DNA from: Candidatus Woesearchaeota archaeon
GTDB lineage: Archaea > Nanobdellota > Nanobdellia > Woesearchaeales > JABGUJ01
DNA: 64,000 nt
Assembly: GCA_018646625.1 (NCBI GenBank)
Contig: JABGUJ010000002.1
Span: 288,843 to 352,842, forward strand
Direction: 5' to 3'
Positions within the stretch are counted from its first letter, which is position 1. The number at the start of each line of letters is the position of its first letter. The notes below the pieces were generated by a model. The model was not told the origin of the DNA, made no database searches, and saw nothing but the letters and a program-made list of their open reading frames with translations. The position numbers and the translations under genes were made by a program. Positions 57,516-64,000 of the stretch are shown in pieces.

Positions 57516-58706
57516 TTAGTTAACAAATTCAATTCCTAGAGCACTTTCAATGTCCTTTTTCTTTCCGTCCATAGTTGTCCTTGCGGGACCAAATATCTGT
57601 GAGGACTTTACTCCAGTAATGATCAGCATAGTTCTGATTGAGTTTTGAAGGTCTTCGCTTATTTGCGCACCCCAAATAACTCTTGCGTCTTCGTCAAGTT
57701 GTTCTGATACTGCTTCAACAACTTGTCTTGCTTCATCAAGTGTCATGTCACTCCCACCAGCAACGTTGATTAGTGCGCCAGTTGCGCCAGCAATATCAAC
57801 ACTCAATAAAGGATTGTTGACAGCTTTCTCAACAGCTTCTAATGCTCGTTGTCCAGAGTCGGATTCACCAACACCAATTAAAGCAACACCACCATTACCC
57901 ATGATGGCTCTGATGTCTGCAAAGTCTAAGTTTACCAGGCCAGCTTTAGTTACTAGCTCAGCAATTCCTTTGACCGCGTTTGTTAATATCTCATCAGCAA
58001 CCTTAAATGCAGTGTGTAACGGCAAGTTAGGTGCCAATTCGAGTAATTTATCGTTAGGTATTACAATCAATGTGTCAACGATACTTTCCATTTTCTCTAA
58101 ACCAACGACTGCGTTTTCATACCGTCTTTGACCTTCCATAGAGAACGGAAGAGTTACAATGCCAACAGTTAGTGCACCAAGTTTTTTTGCAATATCTGCA
58201 ACAACAGGTGCGGAGCCTGTACCAGTTCCACCACCCAAACCACAGGTGATAAAAACCATGTCGGCGCCTTGTATTGATTGTTTTAATTCTGATTCTTGTT
58301 CGCGAGCTGCTTCTTCACCAATCTTAGGTACGGAACCTGCACCCAAACCTTGAGTTGATTCTTTTCCAATTAAGATTTTTTTTGAAGCAGTTGTATAAAG
58401 TAAATCTTGAGCGTCTGTGTTCAAAGCGATTGTTTCTGTTCCTTCAATTCCAACTTCGCTTATTCTGTTAATAGTATTATTACCGCCACCACCGCAGCCT
58501 ATAACTTTAATCAGTGCTTTTTTCTTTGAAAGCATTGCCTCAAGTTCATCATCCATCTCGTTTTTTATGGATGCGCTTCTTTTTGGTGCTTCTGATTCTT
58601 CGGTTCTGTTTTCAGTTCGAAGCTCAAAGTCCTTTCTTTGTTCATCGATTTCTTGCGCTCTTTCCGTAGCGGCTTGTATGAATGTATCCATTATTTCCCA
58701 CCTCAA
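57516..58706 (-). CDS. ftsZ: Cell division protein FtsZ
   Basis: [30 protein letters not shown]. Confidence 0.97.
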   Translation of the reverse strand: MRWEIMDTFIQAATERAQEIDEQRKDFELRTENRTEESEAPKRSASIKNEMDDELEAMLSKKKALIKVIGCGGGGNNTINRISEVGIEGTETIALNTDAQDLLYTTASKKILIGKESTQGLGAGSVPKIGEEAAREQESELKQSIQGADMVFITCGLGGGTGTGSAPVVADIAKKLGALTVGIVTLPFSMEGQRRYENAVVGLEKMESIVDTLIVIPNDKLLELAPNLPLHTAFKVADEILTNAVKGIAELVTKAGLVNLDFADIRAIMGNGGVALIGVGESDSGQRALEAVEKAVNNPLLSVDIAGATGALINVAGGSDMTLDEARQVVEAVSEQLDEDARVIWGAQISEDLQNSIRTMLIITGVKSSQIFGPARTTMDGKKKDIESALGIEFVN

Positions 58707-58754
58707 CCCAGTTTGACAGTTGTCAATTTAATTGGCCTATACTTCTATATAAAC

Positions 58755-59432
58755 TTATTTATTCTGGGCTGTAACCTCTAAATTCTTAACTTTCACGACT
58801 TCCTTGATTTTTTCAGAAAGTTGGTCGAAGACCTCTTTTGGTACTTCAGCATCAGTTTTCATAATAACTTTTGCTTCATCTTTCTCTTTGTCGTAAGTTG
58901 TGGTTAAAAGTTCTGCTTTAATGTTAAGAGATATAGAGATAAATGCGTTAATTTGCTCGACTTTGTCTTCTACTTTTCTTATTACTTTGATTTTGTAATA
59001 AAGATCTTGACCAGCCAAGGGGTGATTAAAGTCAACAAGAGTTCTACCACCAGATACATTTTTGATAGTAGCGATTGTACCATCAATGTTAACTTGAAGT
59101 CCTGGAGCAGGCCTAATGCCTTCTTTAGTAAATTTGTTAGTAGGAATTAATTGAATTAATTTGGATTCTTTCTTTCCGAATCCGCCTTCTGGAGCTATCT
59201 TAATAGGAAACTCGACATCAGATCCCTTACCTTCTAATTGCGCATCCATACCTGCAAGAACTTGTTTTTCGCCTACGCAAACTATGACTGGCCCGTAGAT
59301 TGTTTTAGGGTCAAATATGTTGTTTTTCTTAGCGACAGACTCGCTAGTAGTGTCGAATACCAATTCAGGATCTTTAATCGCTCCTGTGTACTCTAGCTCT
59401 ACGAAATCTCCTTTTTTAATAGTATTTGTCAT
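58755..59432 (-). CDS. FKBP-type peptidyl-prolyl isomerase (archaeal long SlyD type)
   Basis: GDFV..EYTG, FDTT, PE.GFG, DFNHPLAG. Confidence 0.92.
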   Translation of the reverse strand: MTNTIKKGDFVELEYTGAIKDPELVFDTTSESVAKKNNIFDPKTIYGPVIVCVGEKQVLAGMDAQLEGKGSDVEFPIKIAPEGGFGKKESKLIQLIPTNKFTKEGIRPAPGLQVNIDGTIATIKNVSGGRTLVDFNHPLAGQDLYYKIKVIRKVEDKVEQINAFISISLNIKAELLTTTYDKEKDEAKVIMKTDAEVPKEVFDQLSEKIKEVVKVKNLEVTAQNK

Positions 59433-59556
59433 TTTAGGTCCCTCTATCTCGAATTGAAAACACGAGAAGAATAGTGCAAGGTTGATAGTTTTAGTATATA
59501 AAAGTTTGGGTTTTGAGAATTAGCAGTAGATGGCCCGTATTCATTAAAAATCAACA

Positions 59557-59925
59557 TTACTCAAAATAGTTACAGCCTTCAGAGGTTTCGTTTTCCGTTA
59601 TTAGTTTTTGATAATCAGGCGAATAAATTTTTATTATTTTAAATTTTCCAGATGTTGTTTTCGATTCAGAATGAATTGTTTGTTCAAGCATTAAACAATG
59701 TCCCCAATAAAGCCACTTACCATCAATATTGTGAACAAGAAAAACTCTGCAAGGTGCAGAATGATAAATACGTAGATTCTTTTTGTTTTTGAATTCAAAA
59801 ATCCTTCCTTTAAATTCTTCAGCAGTGATTGGATTTTCTTTGTGCTTCTCTAAATCTAATTCTGCAGGAAAACCTTGTTCAGTAGTTATTTGTAAAGTAT
59901 CGTTTAACTCTATGTAGCTACCCAT
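59557..59925 (-). CDS. Hypothetical protein
   Basis: Likely start MGSYIELNDTLQIT.EQGFP; globular composition. Confidence 0.6.
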   Translation of the reverse strand: MGSYIELNDTLQITTEQGFPAELDLEKHKENPITAEEFKGRIFEFKNKKNLRIYHSAPCRVFLVHNIDGKWLYWGHCLMLEQTIHSESKTTSGKFKIIKIYSPDYQKLITENETSEGCNYFE

Positions 59926-59964
59926 ATGAAGAGTAGAATAATAGAAGTTAATAAAGTTATCCAA

Positions 59965-60525
59965 CTATTGTTTCCATTTGTTGAATGCTTCAAGAATTGC
60001 GTCCACTACTTGAGGAACTGCGTGATCAGAAGTGTCAATTATGAAATCGTAATGTTCGAGATCATAACAATCAAAATTATAATATTTAGTGTATCTCTTT
60101 TTGTCAGATTCAACACGTTTTTTAAGATCGTCCATTGTTTCTTCAACAGTTTCAAAAATCTTCTCATTTCTATGCGCACCAGACTCTTTACGTTTATCTT
60201 TGAAAACTCTTTCCGCGCCAGTTTTAGGATCTACATCAATAAAAACTTTGAATGATTGTGGTATAAAATAAAAAGAAGTTCTGCCTTCAATAACAAAATC
60301 ATCTTCAGTCTTACCAAGTTTCGCTTGATAGTCGTCAACAACCTTATCAGTTGAAATGTCGCCTTCGCCAAATTCATTAAACTCTTCTAAGTTCATTCCT
60401 TTTTCTTTTGCAACTTGACGTCTTATGCCGCCCATGTAGTAATGTTTGTAACTTAATTTTTGAGCAAGAATTCGTGCAACAGTAGATTTGCCTGAACCGG
60501 CTGTGCCACAAATAGATATTATCAT
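59965..60525 (-). CDS. cmk: Cytidylate kinase (archaeal type)
   Basis: ISICGTAGSGKST, G...R..A...G, D..VD..Q, EGR, RY..YY, IDT. Confidence 0.88.
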   Translation of the reverse strand: MIISICGTAGSGKSTVARILAQKLSYKHYYMGGIRRQVAKEKGMNLEEFNEFGEGDISTDKVVDDYQAKLGKTEDDFVIEGRTSFYFIPQSFKVFIDVDPKTGAERVFKDKRKESGAHRNEKIFETVEETMDDLKKRVESDKKRYTKYYNFDCYDLEHYDFIIDTSDHAVPQVVDAILEAFNKWKQ

Positions 60526-61781
60526 TTTTCTTTGATTATACCAAAACCAATAAGTCTAAATCGGTTACCAACTCTTCTAGAGATTGTAACTCTTGAACCG
60601 ACAGAAGCGCAAACAGGTATTTTCAAAGCGCACTTAACTTTATTTTTAGAAAGTTCAGAAACAACTCCAACAGTTGCAGCTGCGTTTACGTTAAGCATTA
60701 ATGGTTCGTGTATTTTTATTGGTTCTACGTCCAAATCTTCTTTTGAGCCTACAACTCTTTCAAGAAGATCGGTTTCTAATACTAATTGCTGCCATACGGG
60801 AGGCAATTTTCCTTTTTTACCTACAACCATTCCGGTTAAAGAATCGGATTTTACTAAATAAGGATCAAGATTAGTCATCACTCCAATCGAACCGCCAGGA
60901 ATTACATTCTTAACAGTTGCACCACCAGTTTTTAGTGCAGTGATTGTGGTAGTGATCGGTTCATATACCACTCTACCTTGTTTTTCAATTTTTCTTCCAG
61001 GTTTTAATTCAATTTCATCCCCTGTTTTGAATTCACCTTTAACTAGCGCACCACCAACAACGCCGCCAACAAGTTCTTCAGGCGCCGCTCCAGGTTTGTT
61101 AACGTCGAAACTTCGAGCAACAAACATAAGTGCATCTTTTTTAGGATCTCTATCAGGAGTAGGAATGTATTCTTGAATTGTTTTTATTAAAACATCAATG
61201 TTTATACCTAGTTGTGCAGAAATTGGAATAATTGGAACATCTGCAAATTTAGTATCTTGTAAAAATTTTCTTATTTGTTTATAATTCTTTAATGCTTGAT
61301 CTTCTTTCACTAAATCAATTTTATTTTGAACTATGATTACTTTATCGATACCCATAATTTCAAGAGCCATCAAGTGTTCTCTTGTTTGAGGTTGCGGACA
61401 TCTTTCGTTAGCAGCCACTAAAAGTAAAGCACCATCTATGATAGTTGCACCTGAAAGCATTGTTGCCATTAAACTTTCGTGACCAGGAGCATCAACAAAG
61501 CTAACTTTCCGTATAGGAGTAGTATCACCCATGCAGCCAATACACTTCTTATTTACAGTGAATTCATCGCATTTTTCACAGCGCCTAAATACAGAATCAG
61601 CGTATCCCAATCTTATTGTGATTCCTCGCTTGAGTTCCTCAGAATGTGTATCAGTCCACTTACCAGATAATTTTTCGGTTAATGTGGTTTTACCATGATC
61701 TACGTGACCTACTAAGCCAATATTGATCTCTGGTTGACCCATTTCAATAGGAGATTTCTCTGCAGCTTTCTTTTTAGCCAT
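60522..61781 (-). CDS. eif2g: Translation initiation factor aIF2 gamma subunit
   Basis: QPE.NIG.VGHVDHGKTT, RGITI.LGY, DAPGHE, PQPQTREH, NKID. Confidence 0.97.
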   Translation of the reverse strand: MAKKKAAEKSPIEMGQPEINIGLVGHVDHGKTTLTEKLSGKWTDTHSEELKRGITIRLGYADSVFRRCEKCDEFTVNKKCIGCMGDTTPIRKVSFVDAPGHESLMATMLSGATIIDGALLLVAANERCPQPQTREHLMALEIMGIDKVIIVQNKIDLVKEDQALKNYKQIRKFLQDTKFADVPIIPISAQLGINIDVLIKTIQEYIPTPDRDPKKDALMFVARSFDVNKPGAAPEELVGGVVGGALVKGEFKTGDEIELKPGRKIEKQGRVVYEPITTTITALKTGGATVKNVIPGGSIGVMTNLDPYLVKSDSLTGMVVGKKGKLPPVWQQLVLETDLLERVVGSKEDLDVEPIKIHEPLMLNVNAAATVGVVSELSKNKVKCALKIPVCASVGSRVTISRRVGNRFRLIGFGIIKEK

Positions 61782-61874
61782 AAAGAAACCGAAAAGTCGA
61801 TTATTTATAAGCTTATTGGGTCCATAAAGGCCATTCTAGTCAGATTCAAGCTGTAAAAGGTGTTTAATCGAGTA

Positions 61875-62666
61875 TTATTCAAGAAAGTAATCCATCAAAG
61901 TTTTATTGATTTTGTGATATAGCCTCATTAAATGTGAACAGGATGGTGAGTAAGGGACTACACCTTTAACGTTGATTTCAAAAGGAGTTCCGGCAGTTAA
62001 CTGGTCCATGTGTTTTGGCATTTCTTGCGCAACCATATGACCATTCAAAATATTAACTAGCTCTCTTAATTCCCCAGGCAAGTTAGTATCAAAATCATGC
62101 CTCATCGCCATAAGTGAAGCAGAATACAAAGCAGTAGTTTGCAAACCAAGCGTACTTCCATTGGCCGCATGTTCAGTAGCTGAATGTAATGCAGCACCTA
62201 GTTCATCTTTTCTTCTTGCAGTTTGTAAATTTCTTGAAAAGTAGTTTCCCGTTGATGAGTCCCCATAGTGTATCGCAGTATCGCGAACTGAGTCTTCAAT
62301 ACTACCGGCACCTATTCCTGCAACAAGTTGTGATGCAAGTTCATCTAATTCCTCAACAAGTTGTTCAACTCTTTGCAGATTATCATAACCGGGCTTGAGA
62401 GTTTCTTTATGTTCTTCGTATAAAGAATCCATGCGTATGGCAAAAGGAACTAGTCTCACCGTGTCTGCACAAAAAACAAATAAGTTTGCATCTATGTTAG
62501 GATGTTTTTGTTCTCCATCTTTTGCAAATCTTAGAATTCCAGATTCTGTTTGTTCTAAAGAATAGCCTTGATTGGTCATACCAGAGATGATTGGATCTAC
62601 ATCAGCACCTAAAAGTTTCGTAGCGTCAAGCTGTTCTTCGAGACTTACGTTTATGATCATTCTCAA
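61875..62666 (-). CDS. Hypothetical protein
   Basis: 263-aa ORF, no recognised motif. Confidence 0.6.
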   Translation of the reverse strand: MRMIINVSLEEQLDATKLLGADVDPIISGMTNQGYSLEQTESGILRFAKDGEQKHPNIDANLFVFCADTVRLVPFAIRMDSLYEEHKETLKPGYDNLQRVEQLVEELDELASQLVAGIGAGSIEDSVRDTAIHYGDSSTGNYFSRNLQTARRKDELGAALHSATEHAANGSTLGLQTTALYSASLMAMRHDFDTNLPGELRELVNILNGHMVAQEMPKHMDQLTAGTPFEINVKGVVPYSPSCSHLMRLYHKINKTLMDYFLE

Positions 62667-62800
62667 CTAAGTAGTAGTTAAGAAGAGGTAATATATTTAA
62701 CCTATAAAATATATAGATATTATATATACTGGCGATAACGTTGTTATTTGAGTTGGAGTTATCAAAAAGTTTATAAGGAAAAATTCATGAGTGTTGATAG

Positions 62801-63385
62801 ATGGTGATTTCAGTGAAAAAAGTATTAATGATTATTCTAATTTTGTGTATGTCAACAGCAGTTTTTGCGCAGTTTAATCCTGATGAACATATTTTGCCGG
62901 AAGGAGAAACTGTTGAGGTATACATATTTCATGGACAAGGCTGTCCACATTGTGCTAAAGCGCTATCTTGGTTTGAAGAAATTTCTCCAAAGTACCCTCA
63001 TGTAAATATACACGAAAAGGAAGTATATTCTAATGATGAGAACAGAGAGTTATTTGAAAAATTTTGTTATGAAGCTGGAACAAGCGTACAAGGAGTTCCA
63101 ACGATCTTTATCGAGGACAGAATGTTTGTCGGGTTTAGTAATGAAGTAAGAGATCAAATTGAATCAGAGATACAATCTTGCATTGTTGAAAAATGCGAAA
63201 TTCACGGACCAGGTGGGCAAGTTAATGATCCATTACCAAGAGATATTGATCCCGTTGATCCTAAAACTGAGACATATCATTCATTGATTGGAACTTTGTT
63301 TTTGATGCTTGTTGGTTTGACAATCGTGATATATTTTGGCCATAAATATGCTAAGAGAACATTGAGAAGAGGAAAGAAAAAATGA
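62801..63385 (+). CDS. Exported glutaredoxin/thioredoxin-like protein with C-terminal TM anchor
   Basis: Signal peptide, GCPHC, cis-Pro motif GVPTIFI, C-terminal TM. Confidence 0.82.
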   Translation: MVISVKKVLMIILILCMSTAVFAQFNPDEHILPEGETVEVYIFHGQGCPHCAKALSWFEEISPKYPHVNIHEKEVYSNDENRELFEKFCYEAGTSVQGVPTIFIEDRMFVGFSNEVRDQIESEIQSCIVEKCEIHGPGGQVNDPLPRDIDPVDPKTETYHSLIGTLFLMLVGLTIVIYFGHKYAKRTLRRGKKK

Positions 63386-64000
63386 TTGAACAGCTCACTA
63401 TTCCTGCAGTTGTTGGTGCTGCGTTAGTAGACGCAATTAATCCGTGTGCGTTCGCAGTATTAATATTATTGATGAGCACAGTGTTGGCGTCAGGGGATAG
63501 AAAGAGAGCATTATGGTGTGGTGTTACATTCATTGCAGCCATTTATGTTATGTATTTCTTAATGGGTGTCGGCATATTCACAGTTATCCAAGTATCAGGA
63601 ATTACTCATACATTTTATTGGATAGTATCTATAATTGCTTTGCTGGTTGGATTATTTAATGTTAAAGATTATATTTGGTACGGTAAAGGTTTCTTGATGG
63701 AAGTGCCTTTGAGTTGGCGCCCTACAATGAAAAAGTTATTGAAGAGTGTTGCATCTCCTGGCGGTGCAGGAGTTATTGGAGTTGTAGTTAGTTTCTTTTT
63801 ATTACCGTGCACATCAGGACCGTATATAGTTATCTTAGGTTTGTTAGCTAAAGAAGTTACAAGATCTACAGGAATACTGTATTTATTATTGTACAATCTG
63901 ATATTTGTTTTTCCAATGATTGTTATAACTTGGGTAGTATACCAAGGTTTGGCTACAACAGAAAAATTGGAAAAACTGAGACAATCAAAGTTGAGGCATT
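63382..64000 (+). CDS. CcdA/DsbD-like transmembrane electron-transfer protein, 3'-truncated (not in ORF track)
   Basis: ATG 63382 overlaps the previous stop; DAINPCAF and LPCTSGPY Pro-Cys motifs in TM helices. Confidence 0.82.
   Translation, partial: MIEQLTIPAVVGAALVDAINPCAFAVLILLMSTVLASGDRKRALWCGVTFIAAIYVMYFLMGVGIFTVIQVSGITHTFYWIVSIIALLVGLFNVKDYIWYGKGFLMEVPLSWRPTMKKLLKSVASPGGAGVIGVVVSFFLLPCTSGPYIVILGLLAKEVTRSTGILYLLLYNLIFVFPMIVITWVVYQGLATTEKLEKLRQSKLRH

Noticed and set aside
14015..63896. Numerous 60-160 aa antisense ORFs in the track
   Set aside because: They lie opposite well-supported genes and show shadow-ORF composition.

Overview
Archaeal chromosomal window, AT-rich by eye. The archaeal core genes (eIF2-gamma, ftsZ-secE-spt5-rpl11, Elp3, DTD2, ADP-forming acetate-CoA ligase), BHB-type tRNA introns, many TrmB/Lrp regulators, Cys-rich lipoproteins and several bacterial-type enzymes (class I GAPDH, Cfa, DinD) fit a DPANN/Woesearchaeota-like organism. 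That lineage is an inference. No rRNA, CRISPR array, integrase or transposase was seen. Best leads: (1) tRNA-Glu(CTC) and tRNA-Lys(CTT) carry homologous 76-nt T-loop introns with compensatory base changes, suggesting a conserved structured intron RNA; (2) the tRNA-Met intron has a kink-turn and a 7-nt antisense element that by the D+5 rule points at its own C34; (3) five divergent TrmB regulator / LivJ-type binding lipoprotein cassettes occur with no permease or ATPase in the window; (4) a PRMT-like methyltransferase overlaps a fusion of a possible isoprenoid-synthase-like domain with a RaSEA-like radical SAM domain; (5) a tandem 22-nt repeat plus hairpin element follows a beta-CASP RNase that is coupled to an unannotated AbrB-like ORF. 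All family calls come from motif recognition by eye, not database searches.
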